A DNA stretch of 64,000 nucleotides, taken from contig CAMYKU010000009.1 of NCBI GenBank assembly GCA_947259105.1, positions 1,333 to 65,332 of the forward strand. Direction: 5' to 3'. The DNA is from an uncultured Alphaproteobacteria bacterium. Lineage in GTDB: Bacteria; Pseudomonadota; Alphaproteobacteria; UBA8366; JADFVY01. A program made the position numbers and the translations under genes. Position 1 is the first letter of the stretch; every line of letters begins with the position of its first letter. Under the pieces are notes generated by a model. That model did no database searches. It saw nothing but the letters and a program-made list of their open reading frames with translations, and was not told the origin of the DNA. This document shows, piece by piece, positions 19,719 to 30,500 of this stretch.

Positions 19719-19745
19719 GCTAACAGCTAACAGCTAACAGCTAAC
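19719..19745. repeat. tandem heptamer GCTAACA x3 plus a 6/7 fourth copy
   Basis: Read directly. It overlaps the TAG stop (19741-19743) of the DUF455 gene. The 7-nt period places TAA (plus strand) and TAG (minus strand) in all three frames. Confidence 0.9.
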
Positions 19746-20580
19746 CGCCGGCTGCCAGCGGCTCGTAGAAACTGGCCGGCAGACCGGCGGCCTCCCGGCT
19801 CGCGGTATTGAAGGGCGGCTTGATCCGGCCCTTGAAATGATTGCGCACCAGCGCACCGTATGTCCGTGCCGCGTCGCGCCCGCGCTTCTCGCAGACGAAC
19901 CGGAACCAGCGCATGCCGGCCGCGACATGGCCGATTTCCTCGTCATGGATGGTCTGCAGGATATCGGCCGACCGGTCGTCGCCGGCGCCGCGCAGCCTGT
20001 CGATCATCGGCGGCGTCACGTCCAGTCCGCGCGCCTCCAGCACCAGCGGCACGACGGCGAGCCGGGCGAGCAGATCGTCCGCGGTCTCCATCGCCGCCTG
20101 CCACAGACCGTCGTGGGCGGGGAGATCGCCGTAGCATGCGCCGAGTTCGCCAAGCCGCCCGGCGAGCATCCGGTAGTGGCGGGCTTCGTCGCCGCCGACC
20201 GCAACCCAGTCGTCGAAAAAATCCCGCGGCAGGTCTTCACCGGTAAACCGCGCGACGATGTCGAAGGCAAGGTCGATGGCGTTCAGTTCAATATGCGCCA
20301 GCGCATGCAGGAGCGCGACACGCCCCGGGCTGCCGGAGTTGATCCTGCGCCGCGGGACCTCGCGCGGCGGCCGGAGTGCCGGGCTTGCCGGGCGCGCCGG
20401 ACGAAGTGGCGGAACGGCGGAGCCGATTCGGTCGATCGTGCCTTGCCGCCACGCCTCGGCAGTCGACCGGGCCGCTTCCGCCTTGGCCGCAGGGTCGGGC
20501 GTGTTCAGGACGGCTACGGCGGCCTGTGAGAGGGTCTCTTCCATACCCCGTAGTATCCCGATTGCAGGGTCTGTCTTCAA
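19741..20580 (-). CDS. ferritin-like DUF455 family protein
   Basis: LLHALAHIELNAIDLAFD...GDEARH...IHDEEIGHVAAG diiron-type ExxH motifs, as in DUF455. The start could be Met13 (20544). Confidence 0.7.
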   Translation of the reverse strand: MKTDPAIGILRGMEETLSQAAVAVLNTPDPAAKAEAARSTAEAWRQGTIDRIGSAVPPLRPARPASPALRPPREVPRRRINSGSPGRVALLHALAHIELNAIDLAFDIVARFTGEDLPRDFFDDWVAVGGDEARHYRMLAGRLGELGACYGDLPAHDGLWQAAMETADDLLARLAVVPLVLEARGLDVTPPMIDRLRGAGDDRSADILQTIHDEEIGHVAAGMRWFRFVCEKRGRDAARTYGALVRNHFKGRIKPPFNTASREAAGLPASFYEPLAAGG

Positions 20581-20755
20581 CCCTGCGGGCGGGGGCGGCC
20601 GGTTTCACGCGGAACAACCCCATGCACCGGCGATTTCTGCGGGTTTCAGAGGGGGTGAAGCCGGGATGTTTTGTCGTCGGGCCGACCCGGTATTGAGAAT
20701 CGTCACCGCCGCCTCCGTCAGGCTTATGCCCCTCAAGTTTGGGCGCGGCATGCGT

Positions 20756-21865
20756 TCATATGATCTCGTCTTCGTCGAACAGCGGGTCCTCCAGGATCTC
20801 GGTCTCGAGCTGTTCGATGCGCCGCTGCGCCGTGCCCAGCGTGACCGGCTCCGCGATGTGACACACGGCATCGCCGCGGTTGACGATCGGCATGTTCGCA
20901 AGGCCGATGATGATTCCGGCCCTGCGGGCCTCGATCGGGGATTCCGTCTCGCCCATGGGGTCGGCGACATAGCCGATGATATCGCCGACGTCGACCCGGC
21001 TGCCAAGCGTCTTCGCCGACCGGACGATACCGCCCTGCGGGGCGCGAACCCAGTATGTCGAGCTCGAATGAACCGGCGCGACGCTGCTTGGCCGGGCCTT
21101 CGAGCTCTTGATCATGCCGAGATGCTGCATGACGCGGAGGACTCCCTTCACACCGACGCGGACCGCGACCTCGTCGAATCTCAGCGCTTCGCCCGCCTCG
21201 TAAAGCAGAACGTCCACGCCCGCATCTTGTGCCGCCCGGCGCAACGAGCCGTCCCGCAGCGGCGCCGTGATGATTGCCGGCGGGTTGAACGCCTCCGCCA
21301 GCTCCATCGCGCGGGGCTGATCGGGGCTGACCCGGATTTGCGGCAGGTTGCTGCGGTGGATCGCGGCGGAGTGGATATCGATGCCGCAATCGCTGCGCTT
21401 GACGATTTCCGTCAGGAACACGTGCGCTAGCTGGCCGGCGAGCGATCCGTTCTCGTGTCCGGGAAATGAGCGATTGAGGTCGCGGCGGTCGGGCAAATAG
21501 CGGCTGTGGGCGATCAGGCCGAACATGTTGACCACCGGGACGCACAGCAGCGTGCCGCGGATCTTCTTGATTGCCGACAGCTTGAGGAGCCGGCGGACGA
21601 CCTCGATGCCGACGATCTCGTCGCCATGCACCGCGGCGCTGACGAACAGCGTCGGCCCGTCACGGCGTCCGTGCACGACATGGATCGACAGCGCCATGGG
21701 CGTGTGGGTCGACAACAGGCTGATCGGCAAGTCCACCGTCGCCCGGCCGCCGGCGGGGACGACGGCGCCGCCGATCTCGAACGCAGGGCGGCGCGTCTGT
21801 TGCTGCCGCCGCGAGCGGGTCGGTTCAGCCACGTCCACGGGTTTTCGTCTTTCCGGGTTTGGCAT
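20756..21865 (-). CDS. succinylglutamate desuccinylase/aspartoacylase family (M14-like zinc deacylase)
   Basis: [25 protein letters not shown] (HxxE zinc motif) and DIHSA. Every possible start (21901, 21865, 21838) overlaps the rimK 3' end. Confidence 0.8.
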   Translation of the reverse strand: MPNPERRKPVDVAEPTRSRRQQQTRRPAFEIGGAVVPAGGRATVDLPISLLSTHTPMALSIHVVHGRRDGPTLFVSAAVHGDEIVGIEVVRRLLKLSAIKKIRGTLLCVPVVNMFGLIAHSRYLPDRRDLNRSFPGHENGSLAGQLAHVFLTEIVKRSDCGIDIHSAAIHRSNLPQIRVSPDQPRAMELAEAFNPPAIITAPLRDGSLRRAAQDAGVDVLLYEAGEALRFDEVAVRVGVKGVLRVMQHLGMIKSSKARPSSVAPVHSSSTYWVRAPQGGIVRSAKTLGSRVDVGDIIGYVADPMGETESPIEARRAGIIIGLANMPIVNRGDAVCHIAEPVTLGTAQRRIEQLETEILEDPLFDEDEII

Positions 21866-22730
21866 TCTTTTCGAGAAATTCAATGATCTTGCCCGCCACA
21901 TCGATTCCGGTCGCCTTCTCGACGCCTTCCAGGCCGGGCGAAGAGTTGACCTCCATGATGACCGGGCCGTGGTTGGAGCGCAACATGTCCACGCCGCAGA
22001 CGTTCAATCCCATGGCCTTCGCCGCGCGGATCGCGGTCGAGCGTTCCTCGGGCGTGATCTTGATCGTTTTGGCGGTGCCGCCGCGATGCAGGTTCGACCG
22101 AAAATCGTCCGCAGCGCCGGTGCGCTCCATGACGGCGACGATCTTGTCGCCAACGACCAGCGCCCGGATGTCGGTACCGCCGGCCTCCTTGATGAATTCC
22201 TGAACCAGGATGTTCACCTTGGCGCCGCGGAAGGCCTCGATCACCGACTTGGCCGATTTGTGGGTTTCGCCCAGGACCACGCCGATTCCCTGCGTACCCT
22301 CCAGCAGCTTGATGACGACCGGCGCACCGCCGGCGATCTTGAGAACTTCGTCCGTCTGCTTGGGATCGCTGGCAAAGGCGGTGACCGGCAGACCCAGCCC
22401 GTCGCGGGCAAGCAGCTGCAACGAGCGCAACTTGTCGCGCGACCGGCCGATCGCCACCGACTCGTTCAACGGATAGACGCCCATCATCTCGAACTGCCGC
22501 AGGACCGCCAGACCGTAAAACGTCACCGAGGCGCCGATACGCGGAATGACCGCGTCGTAGCCCCGCAGCGGTTCGCCCTTGTAGATTACGGCGGGGCGGT
22601 GGGAGGTAATGTTCATGTAGCATTGCAGCGTGTTGGCAATATCCAGACTGTGGCCGCGCTGTTCGGCGGCCTCGACCAGGCGTTTGTGCGAGTAGAGATT
22701 CGGATTGCGTGCAAGCATCAGGATATTCAT
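21825..22730 (-). CDS. rimK: ATP-grasp ribosomal protein S6--L-glutamate ligase RimK
   Basis: [27 protein letters not shown]..., ATP-grasp core, 301 aa. ATGA overlap with the upstream gene. Confidence 0.9.
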   Translation of the reverse strand: MNILMLARNPNLYSHKRLVEAAEQRGHSLDIANTLQCYMNITSHRPAVIYKGEPLRGYDAVIPRIGASVTFYGLAVLRQFEMMGVYPLNESVAIGRSRDKLRSLQLLARDGLGLPVTAFASDPKQTDEVLKIAGGAPVVIKLLEGTQGIGVVLGETHKSAKSVIEAFRGAKVNILVQEFIKEAGGTDIRALVVGDKIVAVMERTGAADDFRSNLHRGGTAKTIKITPEERSTAIRAAKAMGLNVCGVDMLRSNHGPVIMEVNSSPGLEGVEKATGIDVAGKIIEFLEKNAKPGKTKTRGRG

Positions 22731-23284
22731 TGGTTGTTTTCCTCTGGCTGGGATTTCGGGGATCCGCCGGAGCGGGATCGTTTCAGAACTGCATCAAGCT
22801 TCCGGCCGCGGTAGGAAGTCGACGGATCGACAACGAAACGGCCGCGCACCGAGGCCCGCCCGAGCAGCATACGGAACCCCATCTCGTCCCGGTTGGTCAG
22901 CGTCACCTCGATCGGCCACGTCTTGGCGCCGAGGGTCACGTCGGTGACGATGACGTACCGGTTTTCCAGATGGCCGCCCGAGTCGCGGATGGCCTTCATG
23001 CCGACAAGCTGGGCCTCGCACGAGATGCGGGTCCGGTTGTCCCGCTGGACGGGATGTACCTCGAACCCGACCCAGGGTGCTCCGTTGCGTTCGAACCGCC
23101 GGACCGACCAGGCATGCAAGGCTGCCGTTCGGGCACCGGTATCGACCTTGGCCTTGATACCCTCGATGCCGAGCGCCGGCAAGCCGACCCATTCGCGCCA
23201 GCCGATCGTCGATTTAACCTTCTTGCGCCGACGACGGCGTTTCGGAGCAGGTACCTGGCCTGCGTGGATTGGGGTTTTACGCAT
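22727..23284 (-). CDS. RimK-associated retropepsin-like protease (annotated family: ATP-dependent zinc protease, DUF785)
   Basis: Internal Met of ORF 22727..23608. [30 protein letters not shown] carries the DTGA aspartic-protease-like signature typical of RimB-type proteins. Confidence 0.75.
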   Translation of the reverse strand: MRKTPIHAGQVPAPKRRRRRKKVKSTIGWREWVGLPALGIEGIKAKVDTGARTAALHAWSVRRFERNGAPWVGFEVHPVQRDNRTRISCEAQLVGMKAIRDSGGHLENRYVIVTDVTLGAKTWPIEVTLTNRDEMGFRMLLGRASVRGRFVVDPSTSYRGRKLDAVLKRSRSGGSPKSQPEENNQ

Positions 23285-23295
23285 GGTCGGCCCGG

Positions 23296-23598
23296 TTAAC
23301 ACAGACGCTCGAGAACCGCATCGTTGACCCGGCGGTAGCTGGAAAAGGTTCGCTGGCTCAGAACGGCAAAATAGGTCTCCATGTCGACAAGCACGTATCC
23401 TCTCTCGTAGAGCGCGCGCGCGACCGCGAGAATGGTTTCCGGATAGACCCGACGGCAACCGGTCAGCAGTCGAAGATGTTTCATGGACAGCCGAAATCGG
23501 CCCCGCGCTTTGCCGGCGAAAGTGGTCTCGTACAGTTTTTCGAGGCGCTGCGCGACGGCCTCGGCCGGGCGCGGCTGGCAAGTGTCCGGTTCGTTCAT
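23296..23598 (-). CDS. hypothetical protein (100 aa), first gene of the RimK operon
   Basis: Intact ORF ending 11 nt before the next start. A near-consensus promoter lies immediately upstream. No family recognised. Confidence 0.5.
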   Translation of the reverse strand: MNEPDTCQPRPAEAVAQRLEKLYETTFAGKARGRFRLSMKHLRLLTGCRRVYPETILAVARALYERGYVLVDMETYFAVLSQRTFSSYRRVNDAVLERLC

Positions 23599-23605
23599 GA
23601 ACTGG

Positions 23606-23634
23606 CATATAGGAAATAAATTTAGCTATGTCAA
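23606..23634 (-). promoter_or_regulatory. near-consensus sigma70-type promoter TTGACA-N17-TATATG with A/T-rich UP-like tract
   Basis: The minus strand reads aaattt TTGACA tagctaaatttatttcc TATATG ccagttc ATG. The -10 element ends 7 nt before the ATG at 23598. Upstream, 23635-23665 is almost pure A/T. Confidence 0.55.
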
Positions 23635-23771
23635 AAATTTTTTCCTATTAATGAAAAATAAATTCGATTATCGCGGTCCAGGCCGCGACACAGCCCGCCG
23701 CCGGCGATCTGCAACTCCGGGTTCATGCCAAGCCGTCTGCAATGCGGGCAGGGATACGTCGGGGCCGGCTT

Positions 23772-24236
23772 TCAGAGCGCTTTCGCCGCCGCCAGCACCT
23801 CGTCGACATGGCCGGGAATCTTGACCTTGCGCCAGACACGGGCGATCCGGCCATCGCCGTCGATCAGGAACGTCGAGCGCTCGATGCCCATGTATTTGCG
23901 GCCGTACATCGACTTCTCGACCCAGACTCCATAGGCTTCGCAGAGCGTGCCCGCTTCGTCGGAGACCAGCGGGAAGTTGAGCTCGTACTTGACCTTGAAC
24001 CTGTCGTGTTTGGCGACGCTGTCCTTCGAGACGCCGACCACCGCTGCGCCGGCCTTCCCGAACGCCGCCAGGGCGTCGCGGAAGCCCATCGCTTCCTTGG
24101 TGCAGCCCGAGGTGTCGTCCTTGGGATAGAAATACAGCACCGTGGTCTTGCCTTTCAGCGCGGACAGTGAGATATCTCCGCCACCGTCGGTCGGAAGCTT
24201 GAAATCGGGGGCCTTGTCGCCAGCATCAACGGGCAT
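23772..24236 (-). CDS. bcp: thioredoxin-dependent peroxiredoxin Bcp
   Basis: APDFKLPTDGG...VLYFYPKDDTSGCTKEA carries the peroxidatic Cys motif. 154 aa. Confidence 0.9.
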   Translation of the reverse strand: MPVDAGDKAPDFKLPTDGGGDISLSALKGKTTVLYFYPKDDTSGCTKEAMGFRDALAAFGKAGAAVVGVSKDSVAKHDRFKVKYELNFPLVSDEAGTLCEAYGVWVEKSMYGRKYMGIERSTFLIDGDGRIARVWRKVKIPGHVDEVLAAAKAL

Positions 24237-24454
24237 TTCGGGTCTCTCCTGTCTTTTCCGCTGTGGAATGATTGCGATGCCGGATATACCGCAACGGGCC
24301 GGACCCGGCCAGCCTTGAAAAGCTCCCGAGCCGTGTCCGGCCAGGCTCTCAGCATGAGCTCTACCACCGGTGTCCTTATTCTGAGGAGGACTGCGTCAGC
24401 AGCCGTCTTGCAGGGTGACGCGCCGATATTTCGAGCCAATCCGTCCGAATTCGA

Positions 24455-27451
24455 TCAGCCAGCGCCCTGTTCGTCCTCTGCTGGCGGCAGCCGCTTGCGC
24501 GCCTCCTCGGCCGGCTCGTCGATGATGCTGCGGTAGAGGGTGCGGACGGTCTCGCAGGCTGCATCCATGGTGCGGCACAGGGTATCGAAATCCGGCTGGC
24601 CGGCGGCCCGTGCAAGGGCAGCCTTCAGCGAGGCCGGCGCCGTTTCCTCGGTGAACGCGTCGGTGGCCATCAGGCGCAACGCGTCCTGCAGCCGCCACCA
24701 CAGATCCAGCGCCTCTACCAGCGCGGTGACCCGGTCGACCTCGATGACCCCGGCCTCGCCCAGCCTTTCGAGAGCCTCGGCCGTGTTCTCAGCGAGCACG
24801 CGCGGATGCTCCGATCCATGCCGCAACTGCAGGTACTGGGCGATGAATTCAATGTCCACCAGGCCGCCGCGATGGTGTTTCACGTCCCAGCGGCTCTCTC
24901 CCTTGTGCTGTTTGGCCATGCGTTGGCGCATATCGGCCACGTCGACGAGCAGCCGGTCGGGATCGCGCGGCTTGGCCAGGGTCTCGCAGATAACCGTGGT
25001 GGTCCGGTTGTCGATGTCGGTTGAGGTCGCGGCGGCGACCCGGGCACGGGTCAACGCCATGTGCTCCCAGGTCCAGGCCTCTCCGAGGTAATAGCGCTCG
25101 AAGCTATCCAGCCGGCTCGCCGTTGGCCCGGCGTTGCCGGACGGCCGCAGCCGCATGTCGATCTCATAGAGGCTGCCTTCCGCCATGGGCGCCGTTATGG
25201 CGCTGATCAGCCGCTGACAGAGCCGCCCGAACCAGGTGCCGGGGGCCAGCGGCTTGTTGCCGTCCGACTCCTCCGCCTCCTGGTCGTGATCGTAAACGAA
25301 GACCAGATCGAGGTCCGAGCCGGGCGACAGCTCGGCGCTGCCCAGCTTGCCCAACGCGACAATGGCCAGTCCGCCGCCGGCAATGCGGCCGTGCCGGCGC
25401 GCGAATTCCGCTTCGACACGCGGCAGCAGGGCGGCCAGCACGGTGTCGGCCACCGCCGCCAGCGCCACGCCGGCCGCCGCGCCGCCGACGACACCGCGCA
25501 GGATCTGTACGCCGACCCGGAATTTCTGGTCGTTGGCCCAGCGGCGGGTCAGCACCAGCACATCCTCGTAATCGTTGGCCTGCTCCAGCAGGGTTTCGAG
25601 TTCCTCCGCGAGCTCGGCGCCGGACCCCAGTTTCTCCATGAAGTCGCCGGTGAGCACGGCGTCCAGAAGCGACGGGTTGCGGCTCAGCCAGTCCGCGATT
25701 CGTGGCGCGCCGCCCATGATGTCGGCGACCATGTCGAGAAGCGCCGGATTTGCATTGAACAGCGAGAACAGCTGCACGCCGGCGGGCAGCCCGGCGACGA
25801 ACTCGTCGAACCGGGCGAAGGCGGTGTCCGGATTCGCGGTGTTCGCAAAAGCCTTCAGGAGATGGGGCATCAACTCCGTCAGGATCTGGCGGGCGCGTTC
25901 GCTGCGGGTTGCGCGATAGCGTCCGTGATGCCAGCTGCGAACGATGTTCGAAATCGAGCCGCCGTCGGCGAACCCCATCTCCTCCAGCGTCTTGACGGTG
26001 TCCGGATGGTTCTCGCCGCCGGTGAAGACCAGCGCGCCGCCGGCGCCGAGTTCGGGCGCTTCCTCGAACAGACGGGCGTAATGGTGCTCGACCCGGCCGA
26101 GATGGTGGAGCAGGGCCTTGCGGAATGCGCCGGCATCCGCAAAACCCATGAAGATTGCGATTCGCGCGATTCCCTCGTCGTCGCGGGGCAGGTCATGGGT
26201 CTGCTCGTCGTTGACCATCTGCAAGCGGTGCTCCAGCTTCCGCAGGAACGCATACGCTTCGGTCATTTCGTCCGCCGACGCCGCATCGATTCGCCCGACC
26301 CGTGCCAGAATTCGCAGCGTCTCGACGGTCGCGCGGTTGCGCAATTCGGGGATTCGCCCGCCCCAGATCAGCTGCTGGGTCTGGCAGAAGAACTCGATTT
26401 CGCGGATGCCGCCGCGGCCCAGCTTGATGTTGTGTCCGTTCACCGCGATCCTGGCGCCGCCCCGGTGCGCGTTGATCTGGCGCTTGATCGAATGGACGTC
26501 CTGGATCGCCGCGAAATCCAGGCTCTTGCGCCAGATATAGGGTCGCAGCCGGCCCAGGAAGGCCTCGCCGGCCGCGATGTCTCCGGCCACCGGCCGCGCC
26601 TTGATCATCGCCGCGCGCTCCCAGTTCTGGCCGACGCTCTCGTAATAGGCCTCTGCCGCCTCGGCGGAGATCGCCACCGGGGTGGCGCCGGGATCGGGCC
26701 GCAGCCGAACGTCGGTGCGGAAGACATAGCCGTCCTCCGTGCGCGCATCCATCAGATGGAGCAACTGCCGAGTCGCCTTGACGAAGATCGGGCCGAGATC
26801 GTCCTCTGCGGCGCCGTGCACACATTCGGCGTCGTACAGGACGATCAGGTCGATGTCGCTGGAATAATTGAGTTCCCTCGCCCCCAGCTTGCCCATGCCG
26901 AGCAGGATATAACCGGACCCCTGTTCCGGGTCGGTTTCGTCGCTGAGTGTGATCGAGGTCTGCGCGGCGGCCGAGCCCAGCACGTAGCGCGCGGCAATAT
27001 GAAGGCACAGTTCGGCAAGATCGGTGAGCGCCCCGGTCACCCGCTCGAGGGACCACAAACCGGCGATGTCGGCCAGTCCGACGATCAGCGAGGCGCGGCG
27101 CTTTGCCCGTCTGAGGCCGGCCGTGACCCGGCTCAGACTGGTCTCGCGGCCCAGGGTCTGCTCCAAATCCGACAGCAGCGCCGCGAACGAGGCGTCGGGC
27201 CCGCCAGTCAGCATGTCCCGGACACATCCTGCATCCTGGGTGAGGCATCGGCCGAGATACGGACTGTTCCCGAATACCGCGTCGAGCAGCGCCCGTCCGG
27301 CGGTATCGTCCGCAAGCGCCTCATAGAAACCGGCGAGTTCCGGGTCCGCGGCCAGCGATTCGCGCAGGCGGATCAGCCCCGCGTCGGCGCGCCCGGCATC
27401 GGCGGCCTTCGGCAACTGATCGGTCTTGATTGGAATCAGAGAAAGCGTCAT
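24455..27451 (-). CDS. glnE: bifunctional glutamine synthetase adenylyltransferase/adenylyl-removing enzyme
   Basis: 998 aa with two nucleotidyltransferase motifs: GKLGARELNYSSDIDLI and GKLGSAELSPGSDLDLVF. Confidence 0.9.
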   Translation of the reverse strand: MTLSLIPIKTDQLPKAADAGRADAGLIRLRESLAADPELAGFYEALADDTAGRALLDAVFGNSPYLGRCLTQDAGCVRDMLTGGPDASFAALLSDLEQTLGRETSLSRVTAGLRRAKRRASLIVGLADIAGLWSLERVTGALTDLAELCLHIAARYVLGSAAAQTSITLSDETDPEQGSGYILLGMGKLGARELNYSSDIDLIVLYDAECVHGAAEDDLGPIFVKATRQLLHLMDARTEDGYVFRTDVRLRPDPGATPVAISAEAAEAYYESVGQNWERAAMIKARPVAGDIAAGEAFLGRLRPYIWRKSLDFAAIQDVHSIKRQINAHRGGARIAVNGHNIKLGRGGIREIEFFCQTQQLIWGGRIPELRNRATVETLRILARVGRIDAASADEMTEAYAFLRKLEHRLQMVNDEQTHDLPRDDEGIARIAIFMGFADAGAFRKALLHHLGRVEHHYARLFEEAPELGAGGALVFTGGENHPDTVKTLEEMGFADGGSISNIVRSWHHGRYRATRSERARQILTELMPHLLKAFANTANPDTAFARFDEFVAGLPAGVQLFSLFNANPALLDMVADIMGGAPRIADWLSRNPSLLDAVLTGDFMEKLGSGAELAEELETLLEQANDYEDVLVLTRRWANDQKFRVGVQILRGVVGGAAAGVALAAVADTVLAALLPRVEAEFARRHGRIAGGGLAIVALGKLGSAELSPGSDLDLVFVYDHDQEAEESDGNKPLAPGTWFGRLCQRLISAITAPMAEGSLYEIDMRLRPSGNAGPTASRLDSFERYYLGEAWTWEHMALTRARVAAATSTDIDNRTTTVICETLAKPRDPDRLLVDVADMRQRMAKQHKGESRWDVKHHRGGLVDIEFIAQYLQLRHGSEHPRVLAENTAEALERLGEAGVIEVDRVTALVEALDLWWRLQDALRLMATDAFTEETAPASLKAALARAAGQPDFDTLCRTMDAACETVRTLYRSIIDEPAEEARKRLPPAEDEQGAG

Positions 27452-27568
27452 ATGCGTTGCAGCCCGATTGAACGATGATGTGCAACGCCTGTAGCGTGGC
27501 CAAGACTCGTTCGTTGCGCTATCATAAGATCATAAGACACTGATTGCACAAAAGGAATGTGCTGAGCG

Positions 27569-30500
27569 TTGGTACGCCGCACCTCCCTGATATTGACGGA
27601 ACTCCTGGCGATGCTGTTCGCCGGGCTTATTGCGCTCGGCGGAATCGCAGCCTTTCTGCTGCATACCGGGCCGGTTTCGCTCGATTTCATGACGCCGCAT
27701 CTCGAGGCGATGCTCAACGATGAGGACGGCGGATTCGTCGTCGATATCGATCGGACGGTCGCCGTCTGGGCCGGGTGGCGTGATGCGATCGACATCCGAG
27801 CCACTCAGGTTTCGGTTACGACACCGGAGGGGGTCGCTCTTGCCCGGATTCCGGAACTGTCGCTCGGACTGTCGGTGCGGGCGCTGGTGCACGGGCGGTT
27901 GGCGCCGACCAGCCTTGACGCCATCGGGCCGCGGATTCGGGTCATCCGGAGCGAGACGGGAGAGTTCGTGTTCGGGTTGACGGACACCGAGACGCTCCGC
28001 CCGGAGGCCGGGGCGCAGGACGCCGCCGCGCCGGAACAGGACAGCCGGGCGGTGATCCGGTTCCTGATCGCCGAGCTTCTCGCTGACGAACTCGATCGAT
28101 CGGGCCCCTTCGGGTATCTGCAGCGAGTGAGCGTTCTCGACGGCCAGATCGCATTCGAAGATCGCGTCGCCGGCCGGTATTACCGGGCGCCAAATACCGA
28201 TGTCGTGCTCCTCAAGGGCGGTTCGGGAATTACAGGTGAGGCAAAACTGAGCGTCCAGTACGGGAGTCGGCAGGCCGATCTTTCGGTGGACCTCGCAGTT
28301 GCCAGAGATCAAAGCTACCGTGCCGCAGCGACATTCCAGCAGGTCGACCCGGCGGCCTTCGCGCCGAGCATTCCCCAGCTGGCGGGTCTTACCGCCATAA
28401 AGATGCCGCTGAGTGGCGAAATCTCTGTTCGCGGAAATTTCGACGGGCCTGTCGACGAAATCGGCTTCGATCTCCTCGGCGGCACCGGCAGGCTGGAGCT
28501 TCACGAGGTGTATCGGGAGCCTCTCGATGTCAGTTCACTGCGGATCGTCGGTGCGGTGACCGAGAATTTGAGCGCGGTGCGGCTGGATCAGGCGATCGTC
28601 GGCCTCGGGGAGGCGACGGTTTATGCCGAGGGCAGCGTTGTTCCGGACGGTGGCGGCCGGCTGATCTCGCTCGAGGCACACCTGGAGAGCCTGCCGATCA
28701 ACGAATTGCACAGGTACTGGCCGGCCTGGACGCAACCGCCCGCCCATCACTGGGTCGCCAGCAACATCGTCGATGGGACTGTCGACGAGGGCGCGGTAAC
28801 CGTGGTGCTGCGCATCGGCGGCCCCGAGGAGGAACGACGGGTTTCTCTTCCTGTGCTTGAGGGCACACTCGCTTTTACCGGCCTGAGTGTGCACTACAGG
28901 CGTCCGATGACGCCCATTGTCGGTGCCGATGGCACAGCGACATTCAATCAGCAGGGGTTTGCCTTCACGATTGCGGCCGGCAGCCTTGCCAATGACATCG
29001 TCGTCAGCGAGGGCACGGTCGATATCGTAAATATGCACGAGAAGACCGAGACGCGGCTGATCATCGATGCGAAGGCAGAAGGGTCGCTTGCGGCTGCGCT
29101 TCGGGTTTTGGACGAAGAACCGCTGCATTATGGCGCCAAGATGGGCTTCGACCCGTCCAAAATGGACGGCAACGGCGAATCGACTCTCCATTTCGAATTG
29201 CCGCTGGTCCGCGAAATCAACGGTAGCATGCTCGAAGTCGGCGTGGAGGCCCGCTTGCGGGGTGTGGTGGCGGAGGGCCCGTTTGGCATCGCGGTCACAG
29301 ACGGCGAACTGGACCTGGATGTGACGCGCGACGAGATGCGCGTTGCCGGGGGCGTCAGATTGAACGGGGTGCCGGCAGCGCTGATCTGGGATGAGAATTT
29401 CGAGAACAGGGAGCAGTTCAAGAGGCGCTTCACCGTCAAGGCAAGCACGGACGACACCGGGCGCCTGGCATTGGGACTGCCCGACCTGTCGTACTGGCTG
29501 CAAGGGCCGGTCGAAGCCGAGTTGATCTACACGATTCGCGAAAGGCAGCCCGCGAAATTGGCGGTCCGCGGGGATCTTGGCGCGGCACTGGTGAAGGTCG
29601 ACGAAGCGGGCTGGCGCAAGGAGCCGGGCGCTGCCGGAACCGGCGTCGTCGAGGGGACGGTCCCGGCCGACGGCGGGCTGGTGTTCGACAGCCTGCGTGT
29701 CGAGACCGCGGACATGAAGGCCGACCTTGCCCTGGAGTTCCTGCGCGACCTGTCGGATGTCAGCAGAGTTACGATCAGGAAGGCGTTGTTTCGCGGCAGC
29801 GACGTCACGGGCGAGATCACACTGCGCGACGAAGGCGGTTACCGGATCGACGTAAAAGGCCCGCGGCTCGACGTGCGCCACTTCCTTACGGTCGGAGATG
29901 CCGCGAACGGTACGCCGGAACAGGATGAGGCGGCCGCCCCCTTCACCATCAAGGCGGGGTTTGAAGAGGCGACCACCGCCGAGGATCGCCGCATGTACGC
30001 AACGAGCTTTACCGGAAAATACGATGGGCAGAACTGGGAGTCGGCGATCCTGACGGCCAAGCTTGATGAAGGCGCCAACTTCGAACTCGTATATGGCCGG
30101 GGAGAGCGCGGGTATGAGCTCCAGGTTGAATCACAGGACGCCGGCCAGGCGCTGCGGACGCTGGACTGGTGGGGTGAAATCCAGGGTGGATCGCTGGTGA
30201 TCCGCGCATACCGAACGTCAGTGGCCGGACCTCTGACCGGAACATTCGAGGTCCAGGACTTCAGGATGACCGAGGCGCCGGCCGGGCTCAAACTCCTGCA
30301 GCTGGTGACGGTCATAGGCCTGCCGGCGGCTATGGAGGAGAGCGTCCCGTTCGTTGGCATGGAAGGCGCGTTCACTTATGAGAATGGGGTGCTGACACTC
30401 GGTGAGGTCGAAGCCTGGGGACCCGTCGGTATCCATGTGAACGAGGGGGGCTGGTTCGATTTCAACAAACGGCGTATGAAGCTGGTCGGTGTCGTGGTGC

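Noticed and set aside
27521-27536. Tandem 8-mer ATCATAAG x2 in the glnE / asmA-like divergent region.
   Set aside because: There are only two copies of a short AT-rich unit within a promoter region. That is too little to call a repeat element or operator.
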